Source: Candidatus Poribacteria bacterium (GTDB lineage: Bacteria > Poribacteria > WGA-4E > WGA-3G). Taken from it: a DNA stretch of 64,000 nucleotides. The notes under the pieces were generated by a model. That model was not told the DNA's origin. It did not search any database and saw only the letters and a program-made list of their open reading frames with translations. Location of the stretch: contig CBDBFU010000001.1 of the NCBI GenBank assembly GCA_965205025.1, positions 17,315 through 81,314 on the forward strand. Reading direction: 5' to 3'. Every line of letters starts with the position of its first letter. Within the stretch, counting starts at the first letter, position 1. Of the stretch, positions 56,199 to 64,000 are shown one piece after another. The position numbers and the translations under genes are program-made.

Positions 56199-57102
56199 TA
56201 GTGACCATCAGATTTAAAGAGACATTTTTTGTATTTTGTAATAGAATGTGTCTATTATGGCATATTCAACAGATTTACGCAAACGCGTTTTAGATTTTAT
56301 TGAAGCTGGCGGGAAAAAAGCCGAAGCTGCCCGTCGTTTTTCTCTGAATCGTTCAACGATTTATAGATGGTTAGCCGCTGAAGACCCGCTTTCGACCCAA
56401 AAACCGGGGCCCAAAAGCATGAGAGTGCTTGACGAGGCAGCACTGAAAAAACATGTCGCTGATTTCCCAGACTTGACGCAAAACGAACGCGCCTCACATT
56501 TCGGTGTTTCAGAGTCTTCTATAGCCTATGGGTTGCGGAAACTCGGCATCACACGAAAAAAAACAATCGGATATAAGGAGCGGTGCGATGAGAAACGTAG
56601 GGACTACCGTCAGACACTCACCGAGAAACACGCCGCTGGTAAAAAGATAGTTTATGTTGATGAATGCGGTTTTCGTGCTGAAAGTTATAGGCGTCATGGC
56701 TATGCCCCGAAAGGTGAATGTGTCTTAGGTTTGATCTCAGGCACAAGAACACGAACAACGACGCTGGTCGCAGCGCGTATCGGTTCGACTTTTACGGCAC
56801 CTTGTTTGTTTGATGGAAGCTGCGATTCTGCGTGTTTCAATGCGTGGCTTGAAGCCTATTTATGTCCACGGCTGTCTGTCTCAGACGTGGTTGTTCTTGA
56901 TAATGCGAAGATCCACAAGACGCTTCGGACGCGTGAGTTGATAGAAGCATCGGGAGCAGAGGTATTGTTTTTGCCACCTTATTCACCGGACTACAACCCG
57001 ATTGAACACGACTTTGCGAATATCAAACGTCTCAGAGAATACAATGCTGATATAACCATTGATGAAGTTATAAACATGTATCATTAATTCTAAAGTTTAC
57101 TA
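56199..57102 (+). mobile_element. IS630-family insertion sequence
   Basis: Imperfect inverted ends TAGTGACCATCAGATTTAA / TTAATTCTAAAGTTTACTA, flanked by TA; distinctly higher GC than the surroundings. Confidence 0.88.
56248..57087 (+). CDS. IS630 transposase
   Basis: AYSTDLR HTH N-terminus; VDE, LDNA, and LPPYSPDYNPIE DDE triad. The start may be ATG 56257. Confidence 0.95.
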   Translation: MSIMAYSTDLRKRVLDFIEAGGKKAEAARRFSLNRSTIYRWLAAEDPLSTQKPGPKSMRVLDEAALKKHVADFPDLTQNERASHFGVSESSIAYGLRKLGITRKKTIGYKERCDEKRRDYRQTLTEKHAAGKKIVYVDECGFRAESYRRHGYAPKGECVLGLISGTRTRTTTLVAARIGSTFTAPCLFDGSCDSACFNAWLEAYLCPRLSVSDVVVLDNAKIHKTLRTRELIEASGAEVLFLPPYSPDYNPIEHDFANIKRLREYNADITIDEVINMYH

Positions 57103-57121
57103 TAGTATATATCCAGGAACG

Positions 57122-57257
57122 GTAGCTTCGGTTTCCTAACCGAAGCAGATTTTACGTGAAGTCCTTCAATCAAAGGTTTGGCACAAATTCGGTGCGGTGA
57201 ATCAAGGAATCAACGGTATGAATGCCATTTAGGCATTCCCCGGGAAACCGTACCTAC
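57122..57257. repeat. Inverted pair of GTAG-REP hairpins, the second interrupted by another repeat
   Basis: GTAGCTTCGGTTTCCTAACCGAAGC at 57122; GGTGCGGT[insert]GGAAACCGTACCTAC at 57191-57257. Confidence 0.75.
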
Positions 57258-57325
57258 CGGAGTAATGAGAGTGATATTCTTGTAAAATGAAGTTCATATA
57301 CCTATTATCAAACTCACGTTAAATG

Positions 57326-60300
57326 TTATTCAAGAATATAGTGTAGCATACCTTGGTTTTGGGTGCCTACATAAAGAGTTTTTCCATCTACGGCAAGAGA
57401 ATTAATGTTATCAGGAATCACAGAAACAACTTGTTCCCAAATTCCATTTTTCAGACGATAGATACCTGATTTTTCTGTAACACCGTACAATGTATTCTCG
57501 TCAACAGCCAAGTGTTCCATGACAAGGATTCTTCCATTGGCATCGGATATAGCGCGCCAGTTTTTCCCATTCTCCGATGTACACACACCAGCATCCGTTG
57601 CTACATACACCGAGGTGCCAGCAAACACTATTTCGTTGAAAGCAATAACAGGAAATGGTAGAGTCGAGGTGAAATCAATCCAATTATTTCCTTCATCAAA
57701 CGATGCGACAAGTTTCCCATCTCGTTTCCCAACATAGACAGTGTTCCCTAATGCACCAAGTTTGAAACTATTCAGAATCCTGTATCTTTCAAGTTGTTTT
57801 TTGTTTAAAATGCCTGCAGGTTTACTGCGGCGGGGGAATGGGAAGAAAGAACCGTCAACCTTCCTGATAGTTAGACCAATTGTTTCTTCCACACCTGTAT
57901 CATACCATTCTCTTTCACCAGTCTTCCATCGGAATAGTTTAAAGTTGTATTCTATGTAGAATGTATCACCACTCACAGCAAACGCTCCATTTAATCCTCG
58001 TCTTATAAGATCTTGCTGAAATTGGACAAATTGGTTAAGAGTAAACTTACCTTGAACATTCCATTGTACCAAATCTTCCAACTCCTTGAAGAATTGGACT
58101 GCCCCAACGGAATTTTCTCGCAATACTTCAATGAATGACTTATCAGGGAACGCAGAAGGGTTATTTCTTAGTATATGCAACTGCCCTCTTATTGAACGGG
58201 AATGAAGCGTTGGCACTTTAGGAATCCGCATCAAAGTATTGCCATCTTTAGATAATTGATATAGATTGACTTCATCAGAAACCCTTTCACCTTTAGCATA
58301 TAGTGCTTTATCAGATGTGGTTATACTGAAAATCTTGGGTTGGTCTTCTCTATAAGTTGCAGTCATTGGTATTTCCTGCTGAATAGCTTCCCAAGATTTA
58401 CCTTTATTGGTAGTTTTGACGACACTTTTTGCAGATTTCGCGTAGACTTTTGAACTTGTGTTCGGACCTTTTTCGTTTGTGTTAAAAACAATTGGTTTAT
58501 CTATAGATACATATCTTGTAGACTTCTTACGGATAGGAATATCCACGTCGTCCCATGATTTCCCGCCATCCCTGGATCGTTGGAATCCATCTTCACTACC
58601 GACATATATATTCTGATCGTTTACCGCTACTGCAGGTAATCCAAACCACATTTTTGGTGAAGAATCGGGCTGCAGTGGAGACAGCCAGGTGTCTCCACTA
58701 TCCATTGAGGATATCATTCCATCTTCCATTGCTAAGAGTGTTTCACCCGCAGCAATAAGAGTCACATCGGGATGCATTCCTTTTACCGGCCATGCATTTT
58801 CTGGAGTTATATCTTCCCATGAATTCCCCATGTCAGTCGAACGGAAAATCCACCAAGTACGCTGCTTTCCGTCCGTTGCTGCCTGAAAATCAATGTCCGG
58901 ACCCAATTTTGCCACCACATATATTCGATTTTCTGTACCAGCAACTGAAGTAACATAAACTTTTTCAGGTATTGGAAATTCCAATCGTTCCCAGTTGTCA
59001 ATACTACGCCTATAGAATCCAATACCTGCTGCAGCAAATACTGTGTTTTTAATTACTGTGAAAGAGTAAGGTTTACTTGGAAACTCATCACTCATATCCT
59101 GCCACGTCTTACCTTGATCCTCAGATCGGTAAGCATCTTCTTGGAAAACAATATAAAACCTTTGCTCTGTTAGCACTAATTCACGGGGATACCAATCCTT
59201 TTCTTCTGTCCATGAATGAAGTAAATTCCACGTTTTGCCATCATCTTTAGATGTATAGAGTTCATTAGTCAGGACAAGATAGAGGGTGTTGTTCCATTTT
59301 GCCAACTGAGGGTCTGCACCCCACCAATCATTACCTAATGAACTAATATCAATGATATGTTTCCATTCTTCTCCATCATTTTTCAATATATAAAGATGTC
59401 CATAAGTGGTTAAAGTATAAAGATCCCCTTCAGGTGTAGAGAGTAGATTAAAGGCATTTGCCATAACAGGACGTTCATATCCAATCCATTCTTGTTGACG
59501 ATTAGAAATATCTTTCACTTCCCCGTTTGCCTCTGCAGCAGCCAATAAAACTTCATCAGGATTCGGTTTTGGCGTATCACTTTTACCACCAGCATTCGTA
59601 CTTCCAATCTGATTTCGGACTTCTGGTTCTACTATAATATCTTGTATTATAGGTGCTTCAACAAGTTCAACCGACATCTCGGATTGTGCATCCAAACTAT
59701 AGGGTTTCTGGAAACGTGCTAAGTGTTGGTTGCCGATCCCCAACATCAATGCAATCAAAACAGCGGTTGATGCAGCAGCTGCCCACGGAATAAGCGGTTT
59801 GCTTCCAGATGGTGTAGGTTTAAGGCGTGCAACCTCTTGCATAATATTATCTGTAAGATTCGGTGATATTTGAAAATGTTCGAGTGCTTCTCTAATCATT
59901 GTTTCCTCCTTTCGTAAACGTTGTCTTGCACGCATGAGACGAGTCTTGATTGTGCTTACGGATACTCCTAAGAATCTGCTGATTTCCTCAATCTTCATCT
60001 CTCCAAGGTAGTGGAGTGTCATCACAGTGCGTTCACTCTCTTTCAACTTCGCGAACAGTTTCTTAACGACTTCACGTTGTGTCTGAGCTACACTGTTAGC
60101 ACGATCATCTCTGACATGTTGTGAGTAAGTATCCCTTTGTGTCATTGTTATCTCTACATCCTCTAATCGTTCAGTATGTTTCCGATTTCTACTGAGCCAG
60201 TTAGCACAAAGGTTTGTTGTTATGACATAGAGCCACCCGGAAAAATGACTATGATCTTTCAAGGTATGTAATCTCTGATACACTCTTAGAAAGGTATCCT

Positions 60301-60448
60301 GGGTGATGTCTTCTGCGGTGTGGAAATCTCCAATTTTTCGCCAAGCCAGTGCGTGAACTGGTTTCTGATACTTTTTCACGAGTTCAGTGAAAGCAGGTTC
60401 ATCACCATCAAGAATACGCTGGATAAGTGCAACATCGTCGTTTTTCAT
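57326..60448 (-). CDS. ECF sigma factor-TM-beta-propeller fusion, paralog 2
   Basis: AEDITQDTFL, TIKTRLMRAR, TM, and Asp-box repeats; GGAGG RBS. Confidence 0.9.
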   Translation of the reverse strand: MKNDDVALIQRILDGDEPAFTELVKKYQKPVHALAWRKIGDFHTAEDITQDTFLRVYQRLHTLKDHSHFSGWLYVITTNLCANWLSRNRKHTERLEDVEITMTQRDTYSQHVRDDRANSVAQTQREVVKKLFAKLKESERTVMTLHYLGEMKIEEISRFLGVSVSTIKTRLMRARQRLRKEETMIREALEHFQISPNLTDNIMQEVARLKPTPSGSKPLIPWAAAASTAVLIALMLGIGNQHLARFQKPYSLDAQSEMSVELVEAPIIQDIIVEPEVRNQIGSTNAGGKSDTPKPNPDEVLLAAAEANGEVKDISNRQQEWIGYERPVMANAFNLLSTPEGDLYTLTTYGHLYILKNDGEEWKHIIDISSLGNDWWGADPQLAKWNNTLYLVLTNELYTSKDDGKTWNLLHSWTEEKDWYPRELVLTEQRFYIVFQEDAYRSEDQGKTWQDMSDEFPSKPYSFTVIKNTVFAAAGIGFYRRSIDNWERLEFPIPEKVYVTSVAGTENRIYVVAKLGPDIDFQAATDGKQRTWWIFRSTDMGNSWEDITPENAWPVKGMHPDVTLIAAGETLLAMEDGMISSMDSGDTWLSPLQPDSSPKMWFGLPAVAVNDQNIYVGSEDGFQRSRDGGKSWDDVDIPIRKKSTRYVSIDKPIVFNTNEKGPNTSSKVYAKSAKSVVKTTNKGKSWEAIQQEIPMTATYREDQPKIFSITTSDKALYAKGERVSDEVNLYQLSKDGNTLMRIPKVPTLHSRSIRGQLHILRNNPSAFPDKSFIEVLRENSVGAVQFFKELEDLVQWNVQGKFTLNQFVQFQQDLIRRGLNGAFAVSGDTFYIEYNFKLFRWKTGEREWYDTGVEETIGLTIRKVDGSFFPFPRRSKPAGILNKKQLERYRILNSFKLGALGNTVYVGKRDGKLVASFDEGNNWIDFTSTLPFPVIAFNEIVFAGTSVYVATDAGVCTSENGKNWRAISDANGRILVMEHLAVDENTLYGVTEKSGIYRLKNGIWEQVVSVIPDNINSLAVDGKTLYVGTQNQGMLHYILE

Positions 60449-60495
60449 CAGATACCTCCGATACTATAATTTGATTAATGTCATATCAAACTATA

Positions 60496-60524
60496 GTGAC
60501 CCATGCAAGATGTGAAATGGTCGC
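60496..60524 (-). promoter_or_regulatory. ECF-type promoter
   Basis: GCGACC-N17-GGTCAC; same spacing as 40817..40845. Confidence 0.6.
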
Positions 60525-60709
60525 GTAATTCTGCAAAATGAAACCTGATGATATAAGGAGGTTAATATTTCATTCGAATAAAAGTTAATTATTGATAGAA
60601 AGGAGGGCATAAAGGTGTACGATTATTATCTGATAGTTGAATTATACCATAAATGCAATATCAGAATATCAATAATTTTTATAGGAGCAAAGGAATGGAT
60701 AGATTGGAA

Positions 60710-60733
60710 TGGACGGTACTGATACACCGTCCA
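60710..60733 (-). terminator. Hairpin just downstream of ECF paralog 3
   Basis: TGGACGGT-N8-ACCGTCCA; U tract is weak. Confidence 0.4.
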
Positions 60734-60744
60734 CTGAATTATGG

Positions 60745-63700
60745 CTAATATTTTTCAAGAGTATAGTGTAGCATGCCTTGGGTTTCTGTACTTACGTATA
60801 AGGTATTTCCACCAACAGCAAGGGATGTTACATTATCAGGAATCTCAGAAACAATCTGTTCCCAATTACCATTTTTCAGACGATAGATACCTGTGTCTTT
60901 TGTAGCACCGTATAAGGTATTTCCATCAACTGCCAGACGTTCCATAATAAGGTTAGCTTCTTCCGCATCGGTTATAGTACGCCAGTTTTTCCCATTCTCT
61001 GATGTACACACACCTGCATCCGTTGCTACATACACTGTAGTTCCAGCAACCAAAATCTGTTTATAGTGATTAACAGGAAAAGGCAATGCTGATGTGAAAT
61101 CAATCCAATTAGTTCCCTTATCAAATGATCCCATCAGTTTTCCATCGCGTTTTCCGACGTAGACAGTGTTTCCTGAAACCGCAAGTTTGAGATCTTCATT
61201 TAATAGATCCCATCTAAACATAACTGTTTCTTCTTGTCCTGTGTCATACCATTCAGTATCACCGGGTTCCCATCGGAAGAGCTTAAAGTTGTATTCCATA
61301 TAGAATATATTACCGCTAACAGCAAACACTCCATCTAACCCGCGTTTACGAATCATAGTTGATTGTCCGCGATGTGCCAGAGCAAGTTGTTTAAAAAACT
61401 GTGTTGCACCAACAGAACTTTTCTGCAATTGTTCAATGTATGACTTATCTGAACCCTTAGCTAACATTTTAGCCACAGCAGCTATTCCTTCATTAGGTTG
61501 TATTATTTCTTCTTTTTCCAAAAGTTCATAGAGGTTACGTGAGTCAAAGACGGGCATGCCTTGAATAGGAATTAACGTCTTGCGAGTATCAGATAGCCTA
61601 TACATGGTCAAAATCTCGGGAAAGAAAGTACTTTGACACTTTGCATACAGCGTGCCACCAGATTCGACTATCCGAGAAAGAGTCGGTATATCTATTTTAA
61701 ATCCTTTTTCTGGTTTTACCACATGCCATGATTTTCCCTCGTCCCTGGATTTAAATAGCTCTTCTCTGGTCATCGCGTAAAGGGTTCCAGTTGTGTTGTG
61801 TTCTTTACCCCTGTTGACGAAAGTTAGGTTATATAAACCGCTTTTCGGTTGTGTATTATACCTTGACCACGACATACCTGCATCAAATGAACGATATATA
61901 CCAGATTGACCATATATATAAAATGTGCTATCGTTTATCGCTACTGCGTTCTGCACACTCTCAGGTATTTCAGAGATTCCGGAGGGATCAACAAGTGTCC
62001 ATGTGTTACCGGTATCAATTGACCGAATAACGCCACCACTGTACCAACCTATTATTAATACTGTATTTTTCTTTGCTACAAGTGATGCCAGTGGTTCATC
62101 TTCAAAAGGTTCATGTCCCAAAATAGATTGTGCGTTCTTAGGGGTTATTTCTGTCCATGATTTTCCTTTATCGGTTGAACGTAAAAGCCACCAGATTTGC
62201 CCTATATTATCCTTGTTAAGTTTTACCTCGTTCAATACAGCGATAATATAGAGTATATTATCTGTACCGGCAAACGATCTGATGTGTGTGATGCCAGCAA
62301 CTGGGTGTTGTACAGGTTGCCACCTATCAACGTCAAAGCGGTATAGTCCTTTGTTTGTTCTAAGAAATAATGTATTTTGGAGGAGTTCTAAGGAAATTAC
62401 TTCTCCTTTTAATCCCTTGTTCATTGCTATCCACGTTTTCCCAGAATCCTTAGAACTGAAAACCCCCTGTTCAGATGCAAGATAAAACGTGCCATCCATA
62501 ACTGCTAAGTCTATGAAAATTCCTTTTGGACATTCACCAACTGAATTCCATGTTTCACCACCATCAGTTGATGCGAGTATTTCATTGGATATAATTATAT
62601 AGAGAGTGTCATTAAATTCTGCTATAGGGATATTATCTACCGCGTCATTTAGGAATGATCTCAGGTTAAAAACTTGCTCCCATTCGGATCCATCAATTGC
62701 TGTTTTATAGAGATTATCGGAAAAATCAAGAAGATAGATTTTTCTATCAGTTGCAGGGATCATGTTCCTCACCCATTCTGATATTCCAGGAACTTTACCA
62801 GGAATCCACTGTTTAGAAACGGCCCCCTTATCTTCCCCTTCCGTTTCTGCAGCAGCCAATAATATCTCATTAGGGTTTTGGCTTGGTGTATCACTCTTAC
62901 CACCAGCATTCGTACTCCCAATCTGATTTCGGACTTCTGGTTCTACTATAATATCTTGCACTATAGGTGCTTCAACAAGTTCAACCGACATCTCGGATTG
63001 TGCATCCAAACTATAGGGTATTTGGAAACGCGCTAAATGTTGGTTGCCGATTCCCAACATCAACGCAATCAGAACAGCAGTTGATGCAGCAACTGCCCAC
63101 GGGATAAGCGGCTTGCTTCCAGAAGGTGTAGGTTTAAGGCGTGCAACCTCTTGCATAATATTATCGGTCAAGTTGGGTGATATTTGAAAATGTTCGAGTG
63201 CTTCTCTAATCATCGTTTCCTCCTTTTGGAGTCGGTTTCGTGCACGCTGTAATCGACTCTTAATAGTTCCCGCGGACACCCCAATAAACTTACTTATCTC
63301 CTCAACAGTCATTTCACCGAGATAGTGGAGCGTCATCACAGTCCGTTCACTCTCTTTCAACTTTTCGAGTAGTTTTTTCACAACTTCACGTTGTGTTTCA
63401 GCATCAGTTTTTATGCGTTCTTCTGCCACATGTTCCGAATAGACATCTGCTTCTGACATCGTATCTTCTATGTCCTCCAATGGTTGTGTTTGAATTCGTT
63501 TTTTACGGAGCCAAGAAGCACATAAATTTGCGGTTATGACATAGAGCCACCCAGAAAACAGATTTAGATCGTTCAACGTGTGAAGTCTTTGATACACTCT
63601 TAGAAATGTATCCTGTGTAATCTCTTCTGCGATGTGGAAATCTCCAATTTTTCGCCATGCAAGCGCGTGAACCTGTTTCTGATATTTATTCACAAGTTCA

Positions 63701-63762
63701 GCGAAGGCTGCTTCATCATCGTCGAGAATTCGTTGAAGAAGTTCAATATCGGCGTTTTTCAT
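60745..63762 (-). CDS. ECF sigma factor-TM-beta-propeller fusion, paralog 3
   Basis: AEEITQDTFL, TIKSRLQRAR, TM, and Asp-box repeats. Confidence 0.9.
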   Translation of the reverse strand: MKNADIELLQRILDDDEAAFAELVNKYQKQVHALAWRKIGDFHIAEEITQDTFLRVYQRLHTLNDLNLFSGWLYVITANLCASWLRKKRIQTQPLEDIEDTMSEADVYSEHVAEERIKTDAETQREVVKKLLEKLKESERTVMTLHYLGEMTVEEISKFIGVSAGTIKSRLQRARNRLQKEETMIREALEHFQISPNLTDNIMQEVARLKPTPSGSKPLIPWAVAASTAVLIALMLGIGNQHLARFQIPYSLDAQSEMSVELVEAPIVQDIIVEPEVRNQIGSTNAGGKSDTPSQNPNEILLAAAETEGEDKGAVSKQWIPGKVPGISEWVRNMIPATDRKIYLLDFSDNLYKTAIDGSEWEQVFNLRSFLNDAVDNIPIAEFNDTLYIIISNEILASTDGGETWNSVGECPKGIFIDLAVMDGTFYLASEQGVFSSKDSGKTWIAMNKGLKGEVISLELLQNTLFLRTNKGLYRFDVDRWQPVQHPVAGITHIRSFAGTDNILYIIAVLNEVKLNKDNIGQIWWLLRSTDKGKSWTEITPKNAQSILGHEPFEDEPLASLVAKKNTVLIIGWYSGGVIRSIDTGNTWTLVDPSGISEIPESVQNAVAINDSTFYIYGQSGIYRSFDAGMSWSRYNTQPKSGLYNLTFVNRGKEHNTTGTLYAMTREELFKSRDEGKSWHVVKPEKGFKIDIPTLSRIVESGGTLYAKCQSTFFPEILTMYRLSDTRKTLIPIQGMPVFDSRNLYELLEKEEIIQPNEGIAAVAKMLAKGSDKSYIEQLQKSSVGATQFFKQLALAHRGQSTMIRKRGLDGVFAVSGNIFYMEYNFKLFRWEPGDTEWYDTGQEETVMFRWDLLNEDLKLAVSGNTVYVGKRDGKLMGSFDKGTNWIDFTSALPFPVNHYKQILVAGTTVYVATDAGVCTSENGKNWRTITDAEEANLIMERLAVDGNTLYGATKDTGIYRLKNGNWEQIVSEIPDNVTSLAVGGNTLYVSTETQGMLHYTLEKY

Positions 63763-63783
63763 GGTGTCTCCAGATTGGAACTA

Positions 63784-64000
63784 CTATTCCACAGATACAG
63801 AAGTAAGATCCCAAATCAGAATCGTACCGTCCAGACTCGCACTTGTTAACGTGTTTCCATCCGGACTAAACGTAACACCATAGACACTATTGGTATGCCC
63901 AGGAAACTTAATTATTTGATGGTAGTCCTCTGTATCCCACAGCATAACTATGCCGTCCACACTTCCACTTGCCAACATTTTTCCATCTGGACTGAATGCC
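63784..64000 (-). CDS. WD40-repeat protein, 3' end only (runs off the window)
   Basis: FSPDGKMLASGS.DG...LWD and GHTNSV..VTFSPDG..L.SASLDGTILIWD. Confidence 0.9.
   Translation of the reverse strand, partial: AFSPDGKMLASGSVDGIVMLWDTEDYHQIIKFPGHTNSVYGVTFSPDGNTLTSASLDGTILIWDLTSVSVE

Noticed and set aside
57326-63762. Diversity-generating retroelement acting on the ECF paralogs
   Set aside because: No reverse transcriptase is present, and differences between copies are not adenine-specific.

Overview
This is a bacterial chromosomal origin region from a low-GC genome. The likely source is Candidatus Poribacteria; this is an inference from recurrent KLxTxWxxLK C-termini, ECF sigma factors fused to membrane-anchored beta-propellers, and dense GTAG-REP repeats. 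The window opens with dnaA-oriC-recF-dciA-gyrB-gyrA, with no dnaN. It then carries secreted and TPR proteins, and a tRNA-Ala/23S/5S unit that has its own promoters and no 16S gene. Many genes between 3 and 25 kb, including essential gyrB, are split by single-base indels, those examined mostly in homopolymer runs, which most likely reflects long-read error. The strongest candidate for an undescribed system is an AT-rich island at about 25-31 kb. It encodes an AlwI/BstNBI-like endonuclease, an overlapping partner that fuses a 2x[4Fe-4S] ferredoxin to a paralogous nuclease-like domain, two convergent amino-methyltransferases, and a RipA-like membrane protein. Other points of interest are three ~1000-aa ECF sigma-TM-propeller paralogs with matching ECF promoters, a 2.7-kb non-coding array of inverted-repeat modules upstream of a Cys-motif sigma factor and TonB receptor, reciprocally nested REP/MITE elements, an IS630, and a compensated variant of the sarcin-ricin loop. 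All family assignments come from motif recognition by eye; no searches were run.
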